A DNA stretch of 64,000 nt. Source: Candidatus Binatia bacterium. GTDB taxonomy: Bacteria > Desulfobacterota > Binatia > UBA12015. The notes below the pieces were generated by a model. It was not told where the DNA came from. It worked only from the letters and a program-made list of their open reading frames with translations, and searched no databases. The stretch lies in the NCBI GenBank assembly GCA_029243485.1, contig JAQWRY010000011.1, forward strand, positions 77,228 through 141,227, read 5' to 3'. The translations under genes were made by a program, and so were the position numbers. Below, in pieces: positions 43,601-51,743 of this stretch; positions within the stretch are counted from its first letter, which is position 1, and every line of letters begins with the position of its first letter.

Positions 43601-43851
43601 AGCATCGCGTGCGCTTCCTGATGCTCGATCCCGACGGATTGGCCCGTCCAACGCTCGAGTCGACTCATGATGTCGCGCTCCATCACGACGGGCGGCATGC
43701 CGGGATAGAAGGTCACGATCTGGACCGCCGGGGTGGTGAAGGTCGGCAGAAGATCGGCCGGCAGGCGGGTGTACGACAAGATGCCCAACACCACTGCGAC
43801 GAGCGCGCCCACCGTGACGACATACGGGAGCTTCAGGGCGCGTCGGATCAT
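40624..43851 (-). CDS. RND efflux permease (AcrB/CusA superfamily)
   Basis: INAMTLGGLALAVGILVDQSIVVVENI, RFRPILMT; two 6-TM halves. Confidence 0.92.
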   Translation of the reverse strand: MIRRALKLPYVVTVGALVAVVLGILSYTRLPADLLPTFTTPAVQIVTFYPGMPPVVMERDIMSRLERWTGQSVGIEHQEAHAMLGVSIVKDFFREGISLDTAMSQVTSYAMSDMFYLPPGTIPPMVMPFDPTASVPLCLVSVSSDTMSEKELYDVAYYELRNRLQSIPGVIAPAVYGGKLRRIIAQVDRERLDSRGMSPMDVVRALHEQSVFVPAGNIKVGETDYQIFANAMPEKVSELNDVPVAVHDGRPVFMRDVASVQDSAQIQSNIVRINGRRQVYIPIYRQPGANTIEIVDSIRSQLARIRQRLREMDDRAQDLALEVVLDQSVYVRDSISGLQLAALLGAVLAALVVLVFLRDVRLTVVVALAIPLATLVSLFGLWATGRTINAMTLGGLALAVGILVDQSIVVVENIVRHRQMGKDAAEAAAAGTSEVAAPIVVSTLTFAVVFFPVVFLSGMARFLFTPLALAASFAILASLVVAVTVVPALCARLLQGPPPPQGTQPGGGIARYERAVDAALRHRKSVLVGACVAALAALVLAGNLGTELFPRVDAGQFQVYVRLASGTRIERSEEMVARVEKVIVEELGQPDPEYPKVERYADSHLQMLISNIGVLMDWPAAYTPNRGPMDSFLLVQLKDSSSTPSVFDIVTRLRARLRNDFPQAEFAFDTGGMLTAALNFGEPAPIHYQVRGSDLDTLGDIAADIATVVAQVPGTEDVRVLQRNDYPTIEVEIDRVKAALAGLTVEDVMHNLVTATNSSINFQPAFWIDERNGNHYFIGAQYPETELISIDTLRDIPLTSDEAMEPIPLGTIATIHRGTGPSFVSHRNITRSFDVYADTVPGVNLGDAVTAIDEHLMADENLGLMPFDSGREEVAYEIGGRYAGRGYTLAASGEIQTMRESFRQFGAGLLIAVLLIYLLMVAQFRSFVDPLLILATVPLGMIGVSLVLFVTGTSLNIQSLMGVIMMAGIVVEYGIVLVDFANRNLDETGDVRGAVREAARVRFRPILMTSLTTVLAIAPMAVGLGGGEANIPLARAIIGGVLGATALTLFVLPCLYAVVKRPPAPAAPDLESSHA

Positions 43852-43902
43852 AGGCTCTGGTGATCCTGTCAAAGCGCGCCAGGGGGCGCTACCTATTCGC
43901 GA

Positions 43903-44730
43903 ATGAACACGTCAAGCCCTTCGGAGCTGGTTTCGGTCGCAGCGGAGATCGCGCGGGAAGCGGGGGCCGAGATTCGTACCCGTGTCCCGAGCCCGCGCCA
44001 GATCGCGACCAAGGCGAATTCGGTCGATCTCGTCACGGACACCGACCACCGCATCGACGCTCTCATCTCCGAACGTCTCGCCGCCGCCTTTCCCGACCAC
44101 GCACGACTCACCGAGGAAACCGGTGCCACAACGACCGGGGCGGAAGCTCCGGTCTGCTGGGTGGTCGATCCACTCGACGGCACCGTGAACTTCGCCCACG
44201 GCGTTCCCCACTTCGCCGTCTCGATCGCGGCCGTGCGCGGCTTCCAACCGGGCGACCCGCTCGAAACCCCGAGCACGGGCGCCGAAATTCTCGCCGGCGT
44301 CGTCTACGACCCCATGCGCGACGAACTCTTCGAAGCGACGGCCGCGGGTCCGGCCAAACTCAACGGAGAGCCGATCCAGACAAGCCCGTGCGCGAGCCTG
44401 AGCGAGGCGCTCGTCGCCTCCGGGTTCCCGTACGACCGACGAGAACGAGCGGACGAGTACCTCGAGGACTGGAAGGCCCTCCTGCCCCGCTGCCGCGATC
44501 TCCGCCGGGCGGGCGCCGCCGCCCTCGATCTGGCCTACGTCGCTGCCGGCCGCTTCGACGCCTACTGGGAACGCGGCCTCCACGCCTGGGACATCGCCGC
44601 AGGCGTCCTGATCGTCCGGCGCGCGGGCGGCATCGCCACGAACCGCGCGGGACGGGACCTGTTCCTCGACGCGTCCGAGGTTCTGGCCGCCCCCACGGCG
44701 ATCCACGCCGAACTCCTCACGGTTCTCTGA
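43903..44730 (+). CDS. suhB: Inositol monophosphatase
   Basis: DLVTDTD, TEE, WVVDPLDGTVNFAHG, GAAALDLAYVAAGRFD, WDIAAG. Confidence 0.9.
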   Translation: MNTSSPSELVSVAAEIAREAGAEIRTRVPSPRQIATKANSVDLVTDTDHRIDALISERLAAAFPDHARLTEETGATTTGAEAPVCWVVDPLDGTVNFAHGVPHFAVSIAAVRGFQPGDPLETPSTGAEILAGVVYDPMRDELFEATAAGPAKLNGEPIQTSPCASLSEALVASGFPYDRRERADEYLEDWKALLPRCRDLRRAGAAALDLAYVAAGRFDAYWERGLHAWDIAAGVLIVRRAGGIATNRAGRDLFLDASEVLAAPTAIHAELLTVL

Positions 44731-44810
44731 ACGACCTCCCTCTGCACCGAGTTGGCCCCGGCAGAATCGCGTGGCAGGATTGGTCGCCCCCTCCAGGGGA
44801 GCTACCCTTC

Positions 44811-45259
44811 ATGCGACGCATCGGATCCGCTCTCTTCCAGCTTCTGTTCGCAGCAATCGCACTGCCACCGCTGTGGTACACGGCCTTCCCGCCGCCGCGA
44901 CTGATGCCGCGTATTGCGGCCAACCGCAGCCGTACTGGTGGCTTCCGAGCGTCGCGGCCAACTTCTCGCGCCCCGAAACGGTCCGCACCTACAAAGAGGA
45001 GATGTTCTACCCAATCGAGCCGGGCGACTTCGACCCGAAGAAGATCGAGACCCCCACTCTGCTGATCCACGGTGACGACGACCGCCTCGCGCCGGTGAGG
45101 ATCTCGCAGTACCTCGTCGGGAGCATGCCGAACGCGGAAGCGATATTCATCCAGGACGGCAGCTACATGCTGCCGGTCACCCACGCACCGCTCCTGGCGG
45201 ACGTCATCACGAAGTTCGTACAAAAGGAGTCGATCACGAGCCCACAGGAGAATGGCTGA
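44811..45259 (+). pseudogene. Collapsed, frameshifted alpha/beta hydrolase
   Basis: N-terminal TM MRRIGSALFQLLFAAIALPPLW in one frame; VHGLP, PTLLIHGDDD and GSYMLP (His position is Tyr) in another; GxSxG absent. Confidence 0.65.
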
Positions 45260-45465
45260 TGCTTCTACCGATCACGGCACTTTACGCGGTCCTGCTCGCA
45301 CTCGTCGGATTCGGCCTCGCCGCCTGGCTCGTCGGCGCCCGGATCCTCCATCCGATCGGCCTCCGTGTGGACGGCAAGTTCTCGGTCCTCCGCGGGATCG
45401 GTGCCGGGAGCACCGCGCTCATCGTCGTCGTGTCCGGGATCTGGGCGATCACAACGGCTTTCTGA
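45259..45465 (+). pseudogene. Collapsed MAPEG-family membrane protein
   Basis: MLLPITALYAVLLAL joined to GARILHPIGL...LRGIG; central RAHxNxxE motif absent; 68 aa. Confidence 0.65.
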
Positions 45466-45992
45466 TTCCCGGGGCGGCGAGGACGTCAATCCCGGGTGCC
45501 GCTTCGCCAGAACGGGGGAACGCTCTGATCCCTCTTCTGCGCGAGCCGGTCCTCATCCACGCGGTAGATCTAGATCGAGTACCCCAGACGCTCATCCGGC
45601 GGCTCGATCGTGAGCCACTCGACACATCCCGGCCGGAGAGCAAACTGCGGACGATGGACTTCGACCGCGCAAAGCGCGCACACGCCAACCGCCGGTTCGC
45701 AGGACACCTCTTCGCGGACCACACCCCAGCGAGCGGGGTTCGGGCCGTACCAAGCGTACTGGACCACCGGAATCGCGTTGTCGCGCTGCCAGAGGGCGAG
45801 CCGGCGCTTGTCCTGGCCCCAATCCTCACGATGAATCAGGTATTGGGGCCCGCCCTCCGGCCCGCCGCCCCAGCCGTCTGCCGTGTCGGACTTGTCCCAC
45901 GCCGTCGCGAGTAGGAGCCCGAGTTGGACCACGACGAGCCCGACGACTATCGCGGTTCCGCGGATGCGCTTTACGTCGCCCACGAGTTCCAT
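45449..45992 (-). pseudogene. Collapsed GT-C (PMT/ArnT-like) glycosyltransferase
   Basis: TM + TAWDKSDTAD joined to GGPEGG..DWGQDKRRL; premature TAG 45570 within GYSI*IYRV. Confidence 0.6.
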
Positions 45993-45995
45993 GCG

Positions 45996-46823
45996 CTAGA
46001 GCGCCCCGCCGCAGTACTTGCAGTGTACCGCGTCGACGTCGTGCCCTTCTCGCGAACAGCGCCGGCAGTGCTGCGACGTCATGCGATGCGCCTGCACCAA
46101 AGCCATCTCCGCCGAAACGATACCCGTAGGGACGATGATGAGACTGTAGCCGAGGATCATCATCGCGACGGCGAGCATCTGTCCAACGGGCGTCTGCGGC
46201 GTCACGTCGCCGTACCCCACGGTCGTAAGGGTCACGACCGCCCAATACATCCCGACAGGAACAGAGGTAAACCCGTTCTTCGGGCCCTCGACGACGTACA
46301 TCGCCGCCCCGACGATGACGACCGAAATGACGACCGTGACCATGAAGACCGCGAGCTTGGCGCGCGCCGCGCCGATGCTCGCCCGCAACTCGGTAGCTTC
46401 CGTTAGGAACCGGGCCAGCTTGAAGACCCGGAAAACGCGCAGCAGCCGCAACGAGCGAATCACGAGCAACGACTCGGTCCCGGGATAGAGCAGGCTCACG
46501 TAGGTCGGCAGGATCGACAGCAGATCGACGATCCCGAAGAAGCTCACAGCGTAGCGAAGCGGATTCCGCACGCAGACGAGACGGAGCAGGTACTCGATCG
46601 TGAAGCCGATCGTGAACACCCACTCGGCGACGGACAGGGGTCCGTGGAAGTCGTCCTGGAGCTGGTCGACGCTATCGAGCGTCACGACGAGCACGCTCGC
46701 AGCTATCGCGATCAGCAGCCCGATGTCGAAACTCTTCCCGGCCGGCGTGTCCGCCTCGAAGATGATCTCGTGTAGGTGCTCGCGCCAGGTCTCCGGACGA
46801 GCGGCCGCGATACGATCGCGCAT
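45996..46823 (-). CDS. Voltage-gated-type potassium channel with C-terminal zinc ribbon
   Basis: S4 RSLRLLRVFRVFK, filter TTVGYGD, CRRC...CKYC. Confidence 0.92.
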   Translation of the reverse strand: MRDRIAAARPETWREHLHEIIFEADTPAGKSFDIGLLIAIAASVLVVTLDSVDQLQDDFHGPLSVAEWVFTIGFTIEYLLRLVCVRNPLRYAVSFFGIVDLLSILPTYVSLLYPGTESLLVIRSLRLLRVFRVFKLARFLTEATELRASIGAARAKLAVFMVTVVISVVIVGAAMYVVEGPKNGFTSVPVGMYWAVVTLTTVGYGDVTPQTPVGQMLAVAMMILGYSLIIVPTGIVSAEMALVQAHRMTSQHCRRCSREGHDVDAVHCKYCGGAL

Positions 46824-46863
46824 GCCCGCGACGTTCGTCGCGATCCTGCACGATGTCAAGGAA

Positions 46864-47901
46864 CTACAGCAGGCTCTTGAGCTTCTCGAGAGTGCGAGCG
46901 CGATCCGCGACCGTGTCGCCGACGAGACTCACGTTCAGCGCCGTCACGCCGGACTCCGCGTACTCGGCGAGCCGCTCAGCGACGAACGATTCCGGGCCAA
47001 CAAGCGTCGTCTCTTCGAGAAACGAGGAAGGGATTGCATCAGCCGCCGCCGCTTTCTCGCCAGACAGGTACAGATCCTGAATCCGCGCCGCCTCTTCGCG
47101 GTAGCCGTAACTCGCGAAGATGTCGTTGTAGAAGTTCTTGCCGCGAGCGCCCATGCCGCCGACGTAGAGTGCCATCCCGGGACGGCCCCGGTCGCGAAGC
47201 GACTCGAGGCCCTCGCCGATTCCCACGAGACCGCCGGCGTACACATCCATCGGCGGGCGGGACGGATCTCGGCGGGCCGCACCCTTGTCTAGAGCGTCAC
47301 CCCAACAATTCCGCGCCTTCGTCGGATGGTAGAAGACCGGCAGCCACCCGTCGGCGAGAGCCGCGGTCTGTTCGACGCTCTTCGGAGCCAGCGCCGCGAT
47401 CACGATCGGAATGTCGTCCCGCACAGGGCGGGTGAGGATCTTGAGGGGCTTGGCGAGGCCGGTCCCCCGGCCGGCCGGAAGCGGCAGCGGGTATTTCGGC
47501 CCCTCGTGCGTCAGCACCTCGCGACGCCAGACCTTGCGGCAGATCTCGATGATTTCCCTAATCCGGGCGACCGGTGCATCGAACGGAACGCCGTGGAAGC
47601 CCTCGATGACCTGCGGGCCTGACGTACCCAGCCCGAGGATGCAGCGCCCCTCGGAGAGCGCATCGACCCCAGCCGCCGACATCGCGAGCAGGCTCGGGGT
47701 CCGCGTGTAGATCGGCAACACGCCGGACGCGATCTCGACGCGCTCGGTCTTGGCGGCGAGGTAGCCCATCTGACTGACCGCATCGAACCCGTAAGGCTCG
47801 GCGACCCACACCGTGTCGAGTCCCGACTTCTCGAGCTCGGCGATCTCATCCGCCGCCTCGCGAAAGCCGGCGGCATAATTCAGCATCGTTCCGATCTTCA
47901 T
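46864..47901 (-). CDS. LLM-class, probably F420-dependent, oxidoreductase
   Basis: WVAEPYGFDA, LGLGTSGPQVIEGFHG, ADGW, LYVGGMGARGKNFYN. Confidence 0.88.
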   Translation of the reverse strand: MKIGTMLNYAAGFREAADEIAELEKSGLDTVWVAEPYGFDAVSQMGYLAAKTERVEIASGVLPIYTRTPSLLAMSAAGVDALSEGRCILGLGTSGPQVIEGFHGVPFDAPVARIREIIEICRKVWRREVLTHEGPKYPLPLPAGRGTGLAKPLKILTRPVRDDIPIVIAALAPKSVEQTAALADGWLPVFYHPTKARNCWGDALDKGAARRDPSRPPMDVYAGGLVGIGEGLESLRDRGRPGMALYVGGMGARGKNFYNDIFASYGYREEAARIQDLYLSGEKAAAADAIPSSFLEETTLVGPESFVAERLAEYAESGVTALNVSLVGDTVADRARTLEKLKSLL

Positions 47902-47949
47902 GTCCGTGTCCCTAACAAAGTTCCGAGATACCGACAGACCAGAAGAAAC

Positions 47950-48354
47950 TCAGCCCGGCGCGCGCTCGAATGCCCCGATCCCCTCCGGGACGTGATGAAA
48001 CGACTGCTTGTCGACCAAATAGATCGCCATCTGCGGGCTGAACACGGACGGGTCGTCGAGTACGCCGACCTTGATGAGCTTCGCGCCTGGCAGAGACGGA
48101 GTCTCGGTCAGAAGATGCGTGCCGCAGTCCGCACAGAACCTGCGCGTCACCGGGTTGTCGAGATCGCTTCGTCGAAACTCTTTGGGCGCGCCCTTCGAGT
48201 ACGAGAAGCCCGTCTCCGGCATCGCGATCACGACGTTCGGATGTCCGCCCGAGATGTACTGGCACTCACGGCAGTGGCACTGCCCCTGAAACATCGCGTC
48301 GCCTTCCGCGCGAAACCGCACGGCACCGCAGTAACATCCGCCTTCCAGATTCAT
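47950..48354 (-). CDS. GFA family protein
   Basis: GGCYCGAVRF, CHCRECQ, FCADCGT. Confidence 0.92.
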   Translation of the reverse strand: MNLEGGCYCGAVRFRAEGDAMFQGQCHCRECQYISGGHPNVVIAMPETGFSYSKGAPKEFRRSDLDNPVTRRFCADCGTHLLTETPSLPGAKLIKVGVLDDPSVFSPQMAIYLVDKQSFHHVPEGIGAFERAPG

Positions 48355-48399
48355 GGGAGTCCTCCAAGTTGTGGTTCGGGCTGTGCGTTGAGTCTCTTC

Positions 48400-48855
48400 T
48401 CAGCGCTTCTTCGGCGCGGGGACGAGCAGTACGGGAACCGTACTAATGCGAATGATGTCGTTCGCCGACGAGCCGATCAGGAACTCGTCGACCCGACGCC
48501 GCCCGACCTTGCCGAGCACGATGAGATCGGCTTTGCGCCGACCCGCGAGGCGGATCACTTCTTCGTCGACCTCGCCGGTCTTCACGGTACGACGAACCTC
48601 GACCGCGGTCTTGCCGACGAACTTCTGGAGCTTCTCCGTTGCCACGTCCACGGCTTCTGACCGCATCTGCTTCACGGTCTCCTGCCCTTGCTTCATCCAG
48701 GGCAGTGTCGCTTGGAACGCGTCTTCGATGACGTAGATCACCTCAAGTGTTGCGTCGTGCTGCTCGGCAACTCCGAGGGCCTGCTGGAGAGCCGCCTTGG
48801 AGGTCTTGGAGAAGTCCACCGCTACTACGATTCGCTGATAACTGACCTTGGACAC
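48400..48855 (-). CDS. Universal stress protein
   Basis: IVVAVDFS, ADLIVLG, IGSSA, PVLLVP. Confidence 0.92.
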   Translation of the reverse strand: MSKVSYQRIVVAVDFSKTSKAALQQALGVAEQHDATLEVIYVIEDAFQATLPWMKQGQETVKQMRSEAVDVATEKLQKFVGKTAVEVRRTVKTGEVDEEVIRLAGRRKADLIVLGKVGRRRVDEFLIGSSANDIIRISTVPVLLVPAPKKR

Positions 48856-48869
48856 ACCGGCGCTATATC

Positions 48870-49168
48870 ACCCACCACAGCCGGCGACGAGAGCCCCTCC
48901 GCCGTCTGCGGCCTTCTACCCGTCGCCACCCCCGACGCCGACGCGGCCGGGAATGCACTGCTCAAATCCGGCGGGAAGACTCTCACGGTCGTAGGCGACA
49001 ACGCGGCCAACGACATCGACGTTCGAGTTCCGTATGAATGGGGGCGGCGACGATGACCTCCGGCTCGCCGTGAACGGCTCCACGCCGTACCTCTGGGCCA
49101 CGATCCACGGCGGCGGCACCGACATCTGTCAGAGCACCGCGAACGTTTCGAAAACGGCCTGCCCGTAG
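48870..49168 (+). pseudogene. Collapsed remnant of a secreted protein
   Basis: ADAAGNALLKSGGKTLTVVGDNAANDID, frame change, then GGGDDDL...GGGTDICQSTANVSKTACP*; followed by an intact terminator. Confidence 0.45.
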
Positions 49169-49198
49169 GTCACGACGCGCGTCCCCATCCGGACAGAG

Positions 49199-49231
49199 AG
49201 GCCCGTGGATCCCCGGATCCACGGGCCTTTT
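49199..49231 (+). terminator. Intrinsic terminator
   Basis: AGGCCCGTGGATC-CCCG-GATCCACGGGCCT then TTT. Confidence 0.75.
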
Positions 49232-49260
49232 GCTATGGGTCGGAGGAGGAGGCGTCCAGC

Positions 49261-50007
49261 TTGGAAATCGAAGACAAGGTAGCGATCGTCACGGGAGCCG
49301 CACGCGGCATCGGACGGGCGACCGCCGTCGCGCTGGCCGCGGCCGGCGCGCGCGCCGTCGTCCTGGCAGACGTGAAACAGGACCTCTCCGCGGAGACTGC
49401 CGAACTCGTGCGCGCCCAGGGTGCCGAGCCCCTCGCTCTCGAGACCGACGTCTCGGACCTCAGCTCCCTGCGTCACACAGTCGCCGAGACCGAAGCGCGA
49501 TTCGGCGGCCTTCACATCCTCCATAACAACGCCGGGATCGGCGAGGGAGCCACCGACTGGCCCGACGTCGCAGACGAGCGCGCCGCGGCAATCGTGGACG
49601 TGAACCTGCGCGGGGTAATCCTGGGTACGCGTCTCGCGCTCGACCCGATGAAACGCAGTGGCGGCGGCGCAATCGTGAACACGGCTTCAGGTGCGGCCTT
49701 CACCGCACTTCCTCCGCAAGCCGTCTACGCCGCGACGAAAGCCGGCGTCGTGCACTTCACGCGGTCCTGCGTCGCGCTCGCCGACAGCCACGGCGTGCGC
49801 GTCAGCTGCGTGTGCCCCGGGCTCGTCACGACCGAAATGGTGCAAGAGAGCGGCCCCGACGGCCCGCACCCTTGGCTTCAGTCCGTGATCGACGCGGTTC
49901 AGATGCTCCGGCCCGAAGACATCGCGGCAAAGGTTCTCGAACTCGTCTGCGATCCGAAGAGCGCTGGCGAGATCGTGAACGTCAGCAACGAACCCAAACA
50001 GGCCTGA
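49261..50007 (+). CDS. SDR oxidoreductase
   Basis: TGAARGIG, NNAG, YAATK; TTG start after GGAGG-rich RBS. Confidence 0.92.
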   Translation: MEIEDKVAIVTGAARGIGRATAVALAAAGARAVVLADVKQDLSAETAELVRAQGAEPLALETDVSDLSSLRHTVAETEARFGGLHILHNNAGIGEGATDWPDVADERAAAIVDVNLRGVILGTRLALDPMKRSGGGAIVNTASGAAFTALPPQAVYAATKAGVVHFTRSCVALADSHGVRVSCVCPGLVTTEMVQESGPDGPHPWLQSVIDAVQMLRPEDIAAKVLELVCDPKSAGEIVNVSNEPKQA

Positions 50008-50016
50008 GCGCGCCGC

Positions 50017-50439
50017 TCAGGGGGCGACGGCTTCGGGACAGAGATCGACGGCAGCGAGAAACAACTCCGCCGATCCGGGCCGACGCTCACCGAGCAGCGT
50101 CACGCGCTGCTCGGGCGTCGCGTGGAGGATTCGCGATAGAAGCTCCCGCATCCCCTGCACCACGACCCGCGTGGGCTCCTTCGTCGCCGGTCGGGACGCG
50201 GCGCCGACCGTGATGAATACCTGACGATCGCCCACGACGAACGGCAAGGCACGACCGTTCACGCTCAGCTCGATCACATCCTTCGCTTCGGCGTCCTTCG
50301 CCGGCCGGACATAGCCTTGCAGACGGACGAGCTCACGCACAGCGGTGCGCTGGACCTCGTGCGCCGCAGACACTCCAACGGAACCGAGGACGACCAACAG
50401 CCCGAGCGCGAAACGCCCGAGGATCTCAGTGATGCCCAT
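50017..50439 (-). CDS. Hypothetical secreted protein
   Basis: Signal peptide ending VSAA; overlaps the HEAT-repeat gene end; start may be 50451. Confidence 0.65.
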   Translation of the reverse strand: MGITEILGRFALGLLVVLGSVGVSAAHEVQRTAVRELVRLQGYVRPAKDAEAKDVIELSVNGRALPFVVGDRQVFITVGAASRPATKEPTRVVVQGMRELLSRILHATPEQRVTLLGERRPGSAELFLAAVDLCPEAVAP

Positions 50440-51727
50440 CGGGGAACCCATGTTCGAGCAACTCCTGTACCTTTGGATCCGAGTGCTTTTCGCGAAGGCG
50501 CTTCAAGGTTGGATCATCGGCCGGACGGCGCAGCGCCATGAGGAGCGCAACCGCGTGTCGCTGGCCTTCGGGAGCCGCCTCGAAGGCCAGACGCCCGAGG
50601 CTCTCGGCCGCCACGTCGCCGCCCTGCTCGAATACCACCCGGCCCGCGGCCTGCCGCACGGCGAGCTCACCGTCCTCGACGAACGAGGTCTCGATCACCT
50701 TCAGAGCTTCTTCGTCCTCTAGCGTCCCGAGCGCCTCCAGAGCGGCGATTCGGACAGTTGGGTCGTCCTCACCGGCGAGAAACCGGCCCAACGCTGGAAC
50801 CGCGTCCTTGGGCGCCGTGTTGACGTACCCCCGTGCCGCAACGGCACGGACCGCCGGCTTCCCATCGCGGAGCCGGCGTTCGATGTCGGCGGTTCGCGGC
50901 GGGACACCGAGAGTCGTCTGCGCCTGCCACGACGCCTCGAGAACTTCCGGCGCATCGATCTTCAACGTCACGAGCGTGGGGCCCAAAGATGTGAGCCCGG
51001 CGTCTCCGATTGCCGCGATCAGTGCGGCGCGCACACGCGGCGGGAGATCGCCTCGCTGGACGGCCTTCTCCAAGCGCGCTCGTTCGATCGGCTGCAGGTC
51101 GCCGTCGAGACCCTGAATCTCGGTGAGGCCCGCGGCACCCTCCTCGACGAGCGCCCAGTGATCCCCGGACACCGCATCGAAGACCCACGCGCGCCGGGCA
51201 TCCGCTCTTTCCCCGGCCGTCACCGCCGGATTCCGGCTCCAGTCGGCCAGACGGCCCACCAACGCCGCGGCCGCTCGGACCGAGGTCTGGTCGGCGTCCG
51301 CAATCACGCCGGAGGCCCCCCCGCTTGCCTGCCAGCGACGCGCCCAACCGAGGGTCTCGTCGAGGTACGAGCCGCGCTTCATCCGGCTCAAGAAGACGAC
51401 CGCGTAGTCCCCGGCATTGAGTAGACCGGGGGCCGACGGGCGATCGCGCATCTCGACGATCTCCAGCGCCCCGCCACCCGCCCCGAGGCGCTCCTCGCCC
51501 TTCAGAATCCGATCGAGCGTGAGGTAAATCACCCGCACGCGATCGTGATCGAAGGGCTGCACGCGCGAGACGTGCCCCACGGCAACCACCGGCGACGACG
51601 CCAGTCTCCCGGCGAGACGCGGGGCCGTCGTGGCGCCCGCAGAGCCGGCCTCGCCGGCCTGTGCGACGAGCGCCGCACAGGCCAATGCGAGTCCGACCGC
51701 GAGTCGGATCCAGAGGTGTTCCTTCAC
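50426..51727 (-). CDS. Secreted HEAT-repeat protein
   Basis: GTG 51727 with signal peptide; repeats VRAALIAAIG, VRAVAARG, VRIAALEALG, VRQAAGR. Confidence 0.75.
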   Translation of the reverse strand: MKEHLWIRLAVGLALACAALVAQAGEAGSAGATTAPRLAGRLASSPVVAVGHVSRVQPFDHDRVRVIYLTLDRILKGEERLGAGGGALEIVEMRDRPSAPGLLNAGDYAVVFLSRMKRGSYLDETLGWARRWQASGGASGVIADADQTSVRAAAALVGRLADWSRNPAVTAGERADARRAWVFDAVSGDHWALVEEGAAGLTEIQGLDGDLQPIERARLEKAVQRGDLPPRVRAALIAAIGDAGLTSLGPTLVTLKIDAPEVLEASWQAQTTLGVPPRTADIERRLRDGKPAVRAVAARGYVNTAPKDAVPALGRFLAGEDDPTVRIAALEALGTLEDEEALKVIETSFVEDGELAVRQAAGRVVFEQGGDVAAESLGRLAFEAAPEGQRHAVALLMALRRPADDPTLKRLREKHSDPKVQELLEHGFPDGHH

Positions 51728-51743
51728 CCGAAAAGTTCGAATC

